From Octopus vulgaris (Eukaryota): a stretch of DNA of 64,000 nt. The stretch covers positions 219,852,001-219,916,000 of the forward strand of contig OX597814.1 of the NCBI GenBank assembly GCA_951406725.2, written 5' to 3'. Positions 24,610-39,397 of the stretch are shown one piece after another; the stretch's first letter is position 1, and the number at the start of each line of letters is the position of its first letter. A model generated the notes under the pieces. It worked only from the letters and a program-made list of their open reading frames with translations. It had not been told where the DNA came from and ran no database searches. A program made the position numbers and the translations under genes.

Positions 24610-25800
24610 ACTAAATGATACACAGCATGGCTTCCGCCCTGGAAGAAGCTGCCTCACATAACTCTTACAGCACTATGACTGGGTTTTGAAACAGCTGCTT
24701 GACCATTCAGATATCAATATGATATATCTTAACTTTGGAAAGGTACATCGTTGTATGATGTGTCAGAATCTGCGAGACATTGGCACAGCTGGTAAACTGG
24801 GAGAGTAGCTGCATGACTTCCTAAATGATAAAAGCCAGGCAGTTGCAGCCAACGGCACTCTCTCAGAGGAAACCCGCAGGGAACTGTCTTGGGGACCATT
24901 ACTATTTATATTCGCTCTCTTAGATATACCCATGATCACTCAGACAACCACTGTCACTAACTATGCTGATGACACAAAATTATAACAGACAAAAGAGAAC
25001 TCAAACGATGTCACAAGTTTACAGCGGGACTATATGCAATATACAAGTAGGCTGAAGATAATAACATAAAGTTTAATGCTGGAAAATTTCAAGCATTGCG
25101 CTATCAGCTCATAAATGCAGCCTGCATATACAGGACCCAAATGGACTGCAATCCCAGAGTCACAGACAGTGAAAGATTTAGGTATCAGTATGTATAATGG
25201 TGCATTATTTCATATGCACGTTACTAACATGGCAGTAACATGAGATAACTGGCAGGATGAATACTAAGATCCTTCAAGACCAAGATGCCATGTTCATCCG
25301 GTGGAAGACCCTTTGTTCTCAGCCGCCTGAACTATTGCTCTCAGCTGTGGTCACACATAGTGCCAAACTAACAGTGAAGCTTGAAAAAGTCCAACCTTAC
25401 GACACTAAAAAAATTGAGAGAGTGTAGCAGATGTACAACAGGAAGAGGCCGAAAAAACTATGACTTCATTCCTTGGAGCGAAGGCGGACAGATATGTAAA
25501 AATCTATATATGGAAAATTCTGGAAGAGCTAGTACCTAATTTCGGCATAGAGTGTTATATAAATTTCCGAACTGGACGCCATTTTTTCCCCAAAAGGTAC
25601 CGCCCACTCTATCTAAAATCGGGATTAAGTACTGCTATAACTTAGGGTTCAAAAGCCCACAGCTTTTCAATACCCCGCCAAAAATGTAAATCAAGAAACC
25701 TTCATAATGTGGACTGGAAGTCATCAAAAAGGAACTAAACATTTCCCTCTCCACAATATTGTAAGAAGTACAGATGTGGGAACAGAGTCAAACTACCTTA
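24610..25800 (+). pseudogene. Degenerate CR1-like LINE reverse transcriptase region
   Basis: PQGTVLGPLLF and NYADDTKL motifs at about 24875-24980, KDLGI, L.YCSQLWS; many stops. Confidence 0.8.
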
Positions 25801-25957
25801 CATAGCAAATGGACCAACAACAAAGACAAAAAGCTCACACAGAAATGGTGATATACAATTCCACCACCATGAAGAAATCAGCCAAAGAAGAATGATGTGT
25901 AAAAATACAAAATCACGGCGGTGCTTCAGGAATATGGTTAAAACGAGTATATATATA

Positions 25958-26677
25958 CTAGCAGTAATACCCGTCGTTCATCGGATAATTACTTTTACTC
26001 TTTCTCAGGAGTCACATTCAAATTATTATTACATATATAATAGATTTCTCAACGGGGATTTCAGGGGAGAGTTTCAGGGAGTCGCTGGCGATGTATCGTG
26101 GTGATCAAAAATCCGGCCTGCTAAAATTTGGTTAAAGTGATTCAAACTGCAGACTCAACGCAAAATGGTCACAATTAATTCCAAAGCGTTAAAAATGTTA
26201 TGAAAACAATTGGTATGTGTTCACAAAGTCCAAACGATTAATACGAAAAAATCCTCCAGGCTACATCCCGAAAATTCATTTCTTTGCCGAATTTCTACAA
26301 TGTTTACGGCGATTCGTTTTTATTTCTTGATTTTTTATTTTTGATGCAATTTACGCATGCTTGCACGCATGGTGAACACAGTTCACGTCAAACAGCTGAG
26401 TAAAGTTCACTATTCAATGCATGGGATAAGGCCTAAACAAACACATTATCGATCTTTGCACTTGCGAGATGAATTTCGGAACAGGGCCGATGTCGGACCC
26501 CCCTGGCACCTGTGCAGGTGGCACGTAAAAAGCACCCACTACACTCGCGGAGTGGCTGGCGTTAGGAAGGGCATCCAGCTGTAGAAACTCTGCCAGATCA
26601 GACTGGAGCCTGGTGCAGCCCCTGGCTTCCCAGAACCCGGTCGAACCCGTGCTAGCGCGGAAAACGGACGTTAAACA

Positions 26678-26718
<41 letters not shown>

Positions 26719-26876
26719 ATAGCGCAGTTCAATTTTCATTCGCCTAAACTTTAAGTGACCCATTTTTGGTGGTTCTACGATTTGTTGGCTAGGAGGAGAT
26801 GTGCCGGGAAGTTAAACACACAGACACACACACACATACACACACAGACACACAAGTTGAGTTTTATATATAGAGA
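25958..26876 (-). mobile_element. Non-autonomous Helitron (second family) containing a nested SINE-like insert
   Basis: Minus strand starts TCTCTATATATAAAAC and ends with imperfect hairpin CCGATGAACGACGGG then CTAG, between host A and T. Confidence 0.7.
26490..26716 (+). mobile_element. Retroposon 3' fragment with (GAT)n tail (RTE-related)
   Basis: GGCACGTAAAAAGCACCCACTACACTC...GGACGTTAAAC then (GAT)n; second copy at 47480-47833. Confidence 0.7.
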
Positions 26877-28084
26877 TATGTATAACCCTATTGATATGCT
26901 CTTTGGCTTGTCACCTCTCTTTTCTCTTTCTTAATGCCTGTTTACAACGCCATGCATAATCCTTTCTATTTTAGGCTCACGGTCTGAAATTCGTGGAGAG
27001 GGAGGTACTCGGTTACATCGATCCCAGTATTCAACTGGTACTTATTTTATCGAGCCCGAAATCAATGAAAGACAAAGTTGGCGACGGTTCCATTTGAACT
27101 CAGAACGTAGAGAGCCGGAAGAGATGCCGCTAAGCCTTTTGTCCGTGCAGCAATGTTATTTAATCACTAAAAATAGCTTACATTTAAAAAATGATTTTCA
27201 ATCTATCGTTTGCCTTTCGTTACTTCAAACATATTTACGATCTCATGGGTATTGAAATTCTTCTAATTCCATTATGAATTGTACTTCCACAGGTATACAA
27301 ACATCAGTTTATTCATCTGAATCAACATTTCTTCTCAGGGGATTTTCCTATTTCTCACAAATACTCGAAATGGGGTGTTGAACTACTCTTCTTTCCTGCA
27401 AGCCACCCCCACTTCCTGTTGAACAGAGAGAAAAAGAAGATGAAGAGTGTCATAGTAACCAATTACTTGCTATCGTGAGCAGAGTGTGTGAGTATTTGGA
27501 TGAAAGTGAGACAGTTGACACCTCTCCCAAAGTCTTATTATTCGCTATGTAAAAATGAGAACTTGGTTTCTATTCTACAAAACCGAACTGATGGACTTAG
27601 AAGTAATTAATTATCAAGTAATTAACTGATTCTTTACGCAGGAACCAGGTCACGCATTTCTGGACAGGGTACAGACGTTTTTAAACTGGCTCCAATATTA
27701 GAAATATACGTTCTTCTTTCAAGTATTATTGTTTTTCATCTATACTGTATGCTCGTTGAAGGAGTGCCGCCAAATGTGACTTTTGCCGACATGGCCAGAC
27801 ACACGAGATCATTGGAAGTGATGTCCAGTTTAAAATTCTAGAGGATGACGCTTTTGGGGATACTGCAAGTAGTGTTAGAGCACCAAAGTGTTTCAGTTCG
27901 GAGAGAGAGGTTTAGTGAATGGTAAGACACAACAAAGGGGATGAGCTGAGGAGTCCCAGTTCATTCGGGTTGATCGGAGAGGAGGTAGTACACTGCTTAT
28001 TTGGTTGTAGGACTTGTACCTGGAGAAGAGACAAAAAAAAAAAAAAAAGAAAAAGGAAAAGAAACTGTGGTTGTATGTTTCGTC

Positions 28085-28425
28085 TACACTCACCTCTTTA
28101 TGAGAGCTCAAAATCTCTCGTGGAAGCGCCATCCAACCAAAATGCAAATATATGGGAAACTACCACCTGTGTCATCTCTTGTGAAAGGTAAGAGAGTCCA
28201 GTTTGTTGGACATTGTTGTAGAGCTGAAAAAGAGGTAATTTCTACTCTTCTCCTCTGGAAGCCATCTACGCGCAATACCAGAGGGCGCACACTCTCCTAC
28301 CCTGATGTAATCTCCAGGGATACAGGCATCCAGCAACAGGACCTCCGTAATGCCATGATGGACCGTGAAGTCTGGCGTAGCATGGTAAATTCCATTGTCT
28401 CGACCACGGTCGAACAATGATGATG
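28085..28425 (+). mobile_element. 5'-truncated RTE-like LINE
   Basis: ORF2 C-terminus (QFVGHCCRA..EVISTLLLWKP, M.DREVWR); short (ATG)n tail; 10-bp TSD ATGTTTCGTC at 28075 and 28426. Confidence 0.8.
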
Positions 28426-29249
28426 ATGTTTCGTCACTGGATAATAAATTTATTTTTTATTTGAATAAAAATAAAGTTAATACAAATAAGCCTCTTTTTG
28501 AACAGTTGAATTTTATTTCAATGGGAAAATAATGTTCCTTCTGTTAGAAAATTTGGAAAAGCCCGGAAATCAAACAATGTGTCTGTAGGGCTAGTAAGAG
28601 TTGATAAGTAAAAAAGTGAATCTTTGCTAAACAAGCGGTTTATATTAACAGTGGTAGAAACAATTACAGTAGCGATGGAAGCAAAGATGGAAAACAGTGT
28701 GTCTGTGGGCTTGCAGTTGCAGTGGTTAGAGTGAATTATTGTCAAGCAGGCGAACGACAGCTTTTGATTTAGACGTAGCCTTAATCAGTTATATAGGCAG
28801 CAGCTGCTCTGCCTCAGACATGTGAACAGTACTTTAATACGGGTCACACCCAGGCTCCGTAGAGGGTCATCAGTTGTCTCGAACTGAAATGTTTTCTGAC
28901 ACTAAGATATCTAGCTGTACAGTTTTTAGCATGCTTACAGATTTGTCGTCGCCTTAAAATATTGCAAGAGCTGGTGAGCTCTAGTATTTGTAATGAGTTT
29001 GTAAATTTTAGTTGTGTTCTTCAATAGGGATGGTAAGGCTTGACAATGATTTTCTTTGATGAATAATGACTGTTTCCCGCTCATGAGTAACAAAATACAA
29101 CGTTTCGTTTTCGACATTTAAAAATGTATTGATAATATCTAATAATGATAATTTTCTGAAAAAACAGCACAAGGCCAACTATTTTTGGGTTGGTGATGTG
29201 GGAGGGAGGAACAAATTGATACTTACGACCCATGTATTTAACAGGTACT

Positions 29250-29447
29250 CTCTTTTACTCTTTTACTTGTTTCAGTCATTTGACTGCGGCCATGCTGGAG
29301 CACCACCTTTAGTCGAGCAACTCGACCCCGGGACTTATTCTTTTGTAAGCCCAGTACTTATTCTATCGGTCTCTTTTGTCGAACCGCTAATGAACGGGGA
29401 CATAAACACACCAACATCGGTTGTCAAGCAATGCTAGGGGGACAAAC

Positions 29448-29500
<53 letters not shown>

Positions 29501-29670
29501 CATATATACGACAGGCTTCTTTCAGTTTCCGTCTACCAAATCCACCCACAAGGCATTGGTCGGCCCGGGGCTATAGCAGAAGACACTTGCCCAAGATGCC
29601 ACGCAGTGGGACTGAACCCGGAACCATGTGGTTGGTTAGCAAGCTACTTACCACACAGCCACTGCTGCGC
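29250..29670 (-). mobile_element. Complete, uninterrupted family B SINE
   Basis: Head GGCGCAGCAGTGGCTGTGTGGTAAGTAGCTTGCTAACCAACC, B box GGTTCAGTCCC, central (TA)/(TG) tract and family tail. Confidence 0.88.
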
Positions 29671-30770
29671 CTAATAATAATAATTTTCTGAAAAAAAGCC
29701 CAAGGCCAACTATTTTTGGGTTGGTGATGTGGGAGGGAGGAACAAATTGATACTTACGACCCATGTATTTAACAGGTACTTTATATTATCTATTGCATAA
29801 TTGGGACTCAGAACACAAAGAGCCGGAGAAGTACCGCAAGGCATTTAGTCCGACTCTGTAACGATTCCGCCAGCTCAGTATCATATAATGATGATTGTGA
29901 TATCTTAATTCGAACTATGGATTATTTCTTAACCCTAGTTATTTTTCTTTATGCAGTTTGTGGAAGGAGTTTGATTTTGAGCTACAAATATCAACCCTTC
30001 CGTTACCTTCTTCAAAACGCCTTTTTATAGCCACTTCGCAGATCCTTCAATACTTCTTATTTTTTCTCTGTCTATCTAACGTTTTGTTTCTCCACAATTT
30101 TCTTTCCCTCCTCATTTTTTTCATATCATCACTTATGGTTTACATACAGGCCTTCATCTATTAATTTCTCATTGATTGTGCTAATATACGCGACTAGATT
30201 GTCTTCCTCACTCTCAACATATTCAGTTATGCTTTGTTGATCTCTGCCTCTTTCTTTCTCGGGGACATATATGAACTTTATATCACCCTGGGAGTGGTTA
30301 TAAACCAGTTCATCGTTTAGTTTTTTCTTGTTTTCCTGTCCATTTTCTTTTCTTTTTTTAGCAACTTTCCTTTATATCTTCTTACTATACATGTACTGTA
30401 CCTTACAAGTAACATTGCCCATGAATTTATAACTATCATAGTGTTGTCTCCATTGGCTTTTTAGTATGTCTGTAGCATTCTTTTCGGCTGATATATTTCA
30501 TGTCGTTATGAAGTATTTTATCTACTTCCCAGATAAAGAGGTATTTGTATGCTTTCATTCAACTCAATCACCTTGATAACTTCTCTGGAGGTCAACACCA
30601 ATCTACCTCTCCTTGATACTTTCCCCACTTTTCAGTTTCAGATGACAATATCTCTTCAGTCTAAATTCTATTTTTTTGTTTCTTTTTTTTTTATATTTGC
30701 AGTCTAGCATCGAAGCAATCGTCTAATGCTTTCTCCCCAAAATTGTGGAACTTGTGGCATAATTTGAAAC

Positions 30771-32913
<2,143 letters not shown>

Positions 32914-33649
32914 GGTGGCGAGCTGGCAGAATCGTTAGCACGCCGGGAAAAATGCTTTGCAGCATTTCGTCTGCCTTGACGTTCTGAGTTCAAATTCCGC
33001 CAAGATTGACTTTGCCTCTCATTCTTTCGAGATCGATAAACTAAGTACCAGTTACACAAGCGCCGACTTGTTGATATCACACAATTAAACGGCAAACGAA
33101 AATGGCAATTATACACCTTACGCTTAATAACTTGAAACGACTAACTGCGGACTAATTCAACTTAAATCATCCACAGGAGTGCACCTTTATAATAAATTAC
33201 ACCGTCCAAAAACGGGTGCATTTGCTAGTGTGTGTATATATAAACTTTGAATAGATTTACTGAGGTGATCCCTTTTTGCAACCATAGGTTTTCGTCCACC
33301 TTTTTGAAAGTGTATAGAAATAAAAGGAGATGTAATAAAATTGTTTAGTGTTACGGGGATTTGAAACCGGCGCGGTTAAATTTCTGCTAATATGAGTGTT
33401 TAGCAATAGACATTTTTTTCTCCAAACTTTTAGAAAATTTGGACTGGTCTGCTGATGGGTTTTCTTTGAAATAATATAACATTTTCATAAAAATGTTTTA
33501 CTCTGTGACATGCTACAGCAATTCTGAGTCCAGATTCGGAATCAGCGCACTCGATTTAGTTTATTACAGCACCATTTGTCTGGTAGCAGACAATAAAGTT
33601 TTTGTTGCCCAGTGTTATTTTTTCTGATGCTCTACCGTTTCTACTATGA

Positions 33650-33950
33650 AGGCGCATGGCTCGGTGTTTAGGGCGTCGGACTCAAAATCATGAGTTTGTG
33701 TGTTCGATTTTTTGTTGTGTTTGTTGTGTTCTTGAGCAAGACACTTTATTTCACGTTGCTCCAGTTCACTCAGCTGTAGAAATGAGTTACGATGTCATAG
33801 GTGCCAAGCTGTATCGGCCCCTTTGCCTTTCCCTTGGATAACATCAGTAGCGTGGTGGGCGGAGACTGGTATGCATGGACGACTGCTGGTCTTCCATAAA
33901 CAACCTTGCTCGGACTTGTGCCTCGGAGGGGAACTTTCTAGGTGCAATCC
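33650..33950 (+). mobile_element. tRNA-derived SINE family C (CORE-like middle)
   Basis: GGCGCATGGCTC head and TTGAGCAAGACACTTTATTTCAC..CTCCAGTTCACTCAGCTGTAGAAATGAG; second copy at 56008-56313 (-). Confidence 0.75.
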
Positions 33951-33954
33951 TATT

Positions 33955-36385
33955 CTGTTACACTTACTTGTTTCAGTTATTTGACTGTGGCCATGCTGGA
34001 GCACCGCCTTTAGTCGAACAAATCGACCCTAGGACTTATTCTTTGTAAGCCTAGTACTTATTCTATCGTTCACTTTAGCCGGACCGTTAAGTTAGGGGCA
34101 CGTAAACACACCAGCATCGGTTGTCAAGCGATGGTGGGGAGACAAACACAGACACACACACACACACATGCATATACAACGGACTTCTTTCAGTTTCCGT
34201 CTACCAAATCCACTCACAAGGCTTTGATCGGCCCGAGGCTATAGCAGAAGACATTTGTCCAAGGTGCCACACAGTGAGACTGAACCCGGAACCATGTGGT
34301 TGGTAAACAAGCTACTTTATTTCATAAAATTGGCTATGCAGCCTTACAAAGATGTAGCTGCGGGTTGGACAAAGACACAAATGATAATGGAATGGAAAAA
34401 ATGGTTGGTGGGGGAAGCAGACAACGCCCACCGATTGCTGCTTCTCGAAAACATTGTTCTCTTTTTCTCAACAACACAAAATGAGGTATTGAACTTCTTA
34501 CCACAGTTCAAAGAATGGACACAATCGTCCTTACAAGATGAGACGCTGAGCCTCTTACCAAAAAATAACAAATTCAAATCGAGGTACTAAGGCCTCTTAC
34601 CTTTCCTCCTCGACCAGGCTATATGCCGCCCGCAGGCAATCCTGCAGTTCTCAGTCGGGGCTCCAAAAAGCAAAACTATATTGGTCCTTGGGAAAGGAGT
34701 CAAGGAGTCCATCACCCTGAACATATCATTCTCCAAGTTACCTGCGGAAGCCAATCCGGGTCTTCAGTCCAGGACAGGATCCCCTCCTCCGTCTCTCTAG
34801 CTTCACAAAGCTCTGTACAGCTCCTTCCTTATGAAAGAAGATCACAAAATCATCCTTCGTTATAATGGGAGTGGCCACAGTTTCCTTCGTCGATGGCACA
34901 ATTCCCACTGATGAGGTTTCAGGACATGCCGGCAGTGTACTACTAACCGCCGATAATGTCCCATTCTTCGTCTTCATTTTTCTCCATTGTGCTACGGGAG
35001 GGTGTAGTTCCTCTGCTTTATCCGGAGGATATTCCCTCCTTCCCGCAGCCTTGAGGTCCTTCGGTAGGCAACCATTGTTTCCCACCTTCTTCCTTTTTTC
35101 CCCTTTTTTCGAGGAGGTCTCCACCTCTTCGATTGCCTCCATGTCTCCCTTTAAAGGAGGGGCAACTACTTTTATTAACTGCTCCAGGACCCTACTTTGG
35201 GCCTGGGGGACAGTTCTTCTTAATATGGCCCAGTTCCAGGCACAGGTGACACTTGGTGGGGAGGGGTGTCCCTTAAGTATCACTGGGTACCTGTAATCGG
35301 CCATTTTCATAAAATCTGGAAATACCAGACCTTTAGCGGCTGATTGGGTCCATAGGGTCAAAACCGCTTTTGACCCCACCCAATCAGCCGCCGGCAACAA
35401 TTTCACAATTAAAAGCTTGGGCCCGCTGCCACCCAGACCCCGGCAGATAGTGTCCTCTATCCATTGCAGTTCAATGCCCGGTGGAAGCCCACAGACCCTA
35501 GCTCTTCATAATTTCTTCCCACAATATATGGGAAGAAACAGAATCTTTTGCCCTTCTTAGGGCTGGCTCGCAAATTTGCGAGCCACCTCAGGGGTGTCAA
35601 ATAGCAACAACACCTTTGCATATCTAACAGCCTTGGAAATAAGCTTAATTAATCTTTTTCTATTTCTGTCTTAGGAAAGACCGCGATGGTGTCGAGTGAC
35701 TTAGAATAAGTCCTCAACACCACAGTTCTTTCCTCTAAGTTTTTTAACCATTGCTTAGGTGGGATAATTTCCCACTCCAACGCAGTGTTCAATTTCTTCG
35801 CCATGCTTTGAGGAAAAAGTTCAGAAAAAAAAAACAAACAACAGAAGTCCAAACAAAGTCAAAAAACATTTCGGAGGAAGACAAAGAAGAGAAAAAGAAA
35901 GAAGGAAGACAGTTCAAATCACGGCAACACACAATTACAGCCAGCCTGTACTCCTGGCCAACAGGTACTCCAAAAGGTATTCCAAAAGTGAACAGGGACA
36001 CAGCAGCAGGAACACAACTTCAAAAAAATCCGCCATAAATAGGTAAAAATTCAGAAAATTTTCCAAATAAATTTCAAAATTTTTGTGGGCGGGATTCGCC
36101 CCCAAAACAACACAATTCTCACAATTAAGTGAGACAGCGCAACTGTAAGCAGACAAATGTCCCGGAATCCAGTGGGTATTTCTTGTTCGAAAAAATAATG
36201 GACATCAAACAAAAAACCCCACTGAATCCCCCAAAACAAACGTCCTACCTTACAGTTGCGTCTTCAAAGTTCTTCAATTCTATACAGCTGCAAAGCAACG
36301 TCTTGACTACACCAGTGCTGTAGTAAACTAACTAACGCATGCGCGTAAGCAAGCTGTTTACCACACAGCCACTCTTGCGCCTATA
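33955..36385 (-). mobile_element. Family B SINE split by a retroelement insertion (head 36347-36385, body 33955-34317)
   Basis: Joining the two halves and removing one 13-bp repeat restores a full SINE like 29250-29670. Confidence 0.85.
34318..36346 (-). mobile_element. ORF1-only non-LTR retroelement, subfamily 1 (copy 3, full length)
   Basis: ORF1 from 35804 (MAKKLNTALEWEIIPPKQWLKNLEERTVVLRTYSKS..DWVGSKAVLTLWT) is homologous to copies 1 and 2; 3' end GCCAATTTTATGAAATAAA; 13-bp imperfect TSD at 36347-36359 and 34305-34317. Confidence 0.85.
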
Positions 36386-36465
36386 CTGTCTTTATATAGA
36401 TTAAATGAGAAGAAATATACATGGTTGCGAGAATTGTTAGATGAATCGTATACATAATGAAATAA

Positions 36466-36673
36466 CTCTTTTACTCTTTTACTCTTTTACTTGTTTCAGT
36501 CATTTGACTGCGGCCATGCTGGAGCACCGCCTTTAGTCGAGCAAATCGACCCCGGGACTTATTCTTTGTAAGCCCAGTACTTATTCTATCGGTCTCTTTT
36601 GCCGAACCGCTAAGTGACGGGGACATAAACACACCAGCATCGGTTGTCAAGCAATGCTAGGGGACAAACACAG

Positions 36674-36706
<33 letters not shown>

Positions 36707-36872
36707 CATATATACGACGGGCTTCTTTCAGTTTCCGTCTACCAAATCCACTCACAAGGCATTGGTCGGTCCGGGGCTATAGCAGAAGACACTTGCCCAA
36801 GATGCCACGCAGTGGGACTGAACCCGGAACCATGTGGTTGGTTAGCAAGCTGCTTACCACACAGCCACTCCT
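36466..36872 (-). mobile_element. Family B SINE, uninterrupted
   Basis: Near-identical to 29250-29670. Confidence 0.88.
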
Positions 36873-36964
36873 CAGTCTTTACTCTTTTTTTTTCTACCGT
36901 TTCTACTAAGTCGCCAAACAAACTGGTATGAAGTTCAGCATAACGATGTAAAAGTCTTATGATG

Positions 36965-37199
36965 CAGGGTGTTGAAAAAGTCTCTCCGCAGTGAATTTTT
37001 TTCATCCTGCGCATCACATGGCGTTATTTCAAGAGTTTTCCGGTGAACGGTTTATTTGAAAGGGACTTTGGCCACCAAGATTACCTGATTTAAACACTAC
37101 CAGCCTTTTTTTTTTCTCTGGAGCAAGTAAAGGATCAGTGTACAAGGATACCCCGAAAGTATTAAATACTTTCTGCGGAGAGACTTTTTGAACACCTTA
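36965..37199 (+). mobile_element. Tc1/mariner-superfamily deletion derivative
   Basis: About 27-bp TIRs CAGGGTGTTGAAAAAGTCTCTCCGCAG / CTGCGGAGAGACTTTTTGAACACCTTA; internal WPPRLPDLN..FF.W..VKD.VY remnant. Confidence 0.75.
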
Positions 37200-37735
37200 T
37201 ATAATCAAGCATCGTCTTTTTAACACCAAATCGGCCTTGATTGAGCAGACCGATTGTTATATTTTCATAAATGTGTGTATGAGTATGTATATGTGTGTAT
37301 GTATGTATGTATGTATGTATGTATGTATGTATGTATGTATGTATGTATGTATGTATGTATGTATGTATGTGTGTATGTATGTATGTATATATTCAGAAAT
37401 ATTTCTGATTTTGGTAATCAGTGAATAAACTTCACTGAAAATTAGATATATATATTTACGAAGTCGGGACAGATATCTGCGGCTGGCGGGCTTCTGCTAC
37501 TCTAGACCGATGATGGACAACGATCCCGAAACATGCGTGTTTCTAGATGCAGGCCTGGCTGCTGGGGGTATTTGTCTCCCCTTCGTAAATATATAAGGAC
37601 ACAGGAAAAAATGTGTCGAAGCCATCAGGAGGCGTCGATGCTTCCTAGGGCTAAACAGCGGTGGTGTAATACCCTACTGTCACGTTAAATTGACAGTATA
37701 CAACCATTCTATATATGTGTATATATATATATATA

Positions 37736-39002
37736 TCTCTCTCTATATAAACGGCAGTTTGTCTGTGCGTGTTTCTGTGTGTCTGTTTTCTCGTACCCTC
37801 ACTCTGACCACGGCTTTCAACCGATTCTGATGAAACTTGACACACACATAGCCCAATGTCATAATTCAAAACTAACGCAGCGAAAATTTTGAAAAGTTCC
37901 CCCAGTTCTGAAAAAAATCGATAAATTCGACATGGGGTCGAGAATGAGAAACCCAAACCACAGACCGTCTAGGGGACGCAACTCCACCTGTTTTAACTCT
38001 CAAAAAAAATTTACCATCATTTTTTTCCATTTTTTTGCTATTTTTTGGCTATAACTCTCTAAAAATGCTTTATAGTTATTTCCTTACAAACCTGAGCAAC
38101 GCCGGGCGATACTGCTATCTCTCTATATATAAACGGCAGTTTGTCTGTGCGTGTTTCTGTGTGTCTGTTTTCTCGTACCCTCACTCTGACCACGGCTTTC
38201 AACCGATTCTGATGAAACTTGACACACACATAGCCCAATGTCATAATTCAAAACTAACGCAGCGAAAATTTTGAAAAGTTCCCCCAGTTCTGAAAAAAAT
38301 CGATAAATTCGACATGGGGTCGAGAATGAGAAACCCAAACCACAGACCGTCTAGGGGACGCAACTCCACCTGTTTTAACTCTCAAAAAAAATTTACCATC
38401 ATTTTTTTTCTATTTTTTGGCTATAACTCTCTAAAAATGCTTTATAGTTATTTCCCTTACAAACCTGAGCAACGCCGGGCGATACTGCTAGTATATATAT
38501 AAAACTGTAGTTGTGTGAGTGTCTGTCCCCTTCGATTTAGATTCCTAACTACTCCCACATTTTGCGGTGCAGTTTAACCAAATTCGGGTATCTTATAGTC
38601 GTGATTAATATCGAGCCCGTCTGGCTATTAGCGCGCGTCTACGATGAGTCTACGATTTTAAAAATAATTTAACATCATTTTTTATTCCATTTTAAAGCAT
38701 AATTTTTCGTGTGTCGATGGCGGCGGAGTTGGCGTCCATGGTCACACCTGCACCTGTTTGCTTCTCCCCCTTCTTCCCTCCCTCGTGAAGCTGTGGGGAA
38801 GGGAGTGTAAGGAAATCAACGTCGTAAAGCGTTGTCAAGGAGACCAGCGTTCTTTTAGAACAGCGACTTCATGGCTTGAAGACACCAAAACAGAAATGAC
38901 TAAGAAAGCCCGAATTGGCATCTATAAGGGAAGTAACTCTCTAAAAATGCTTATATAGTTATTTCCCTTACAAACCCGAGCAACGCCGGGCGATACTGCT
39001 AG
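37736..39002 (+). mobile_element. Head-to-tail array of three non-autonomous Helitrons
   Basis: Units about 37736-38116, 38117-38491 and 38492-39002, each ending GCAACGCCGGGCGATACTGCTA(G); the first two are near-identical. Confidence 0.85.
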
Positions 39003-39397
39003 TATATATATATATATATATGATTAGCACTAATTTGTTATGCGCATTTAGTAGACAGTATAACAACGTTATAGTGATGTCGATTAAGTGACATCGTATA
39101 ATTTTATAAGTATGCGTGAAAGAGGGGGGGCGTTACCACCTTGTACGTAAACAACAAGAACAATAAGAGTTTGCGAAACGTTTGTAATAAGTCATAACAT
39201 ATTTATTACTGGAGGTAATGCGTTAACATGTAAGGTTAATTGAAGGAAAAGCTTGTAACATCACATGAGCCCAGGTCTCCAAGTAAAATGAGGCAAACAC
39301 AGGCGCGAGTGGATGTGTTTGCGAGTGGCCTGACTCAATGCACGTTTAGGAATCGACAGACAACAGTGATTTCTTTATTCGCCGACAAAATGGCATA

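Noticed and set aside
28518-28745. 75-aa ORF with repeated PTDTLF
   Set aside because: Short, no splice or homology support; probably a small local duplication.
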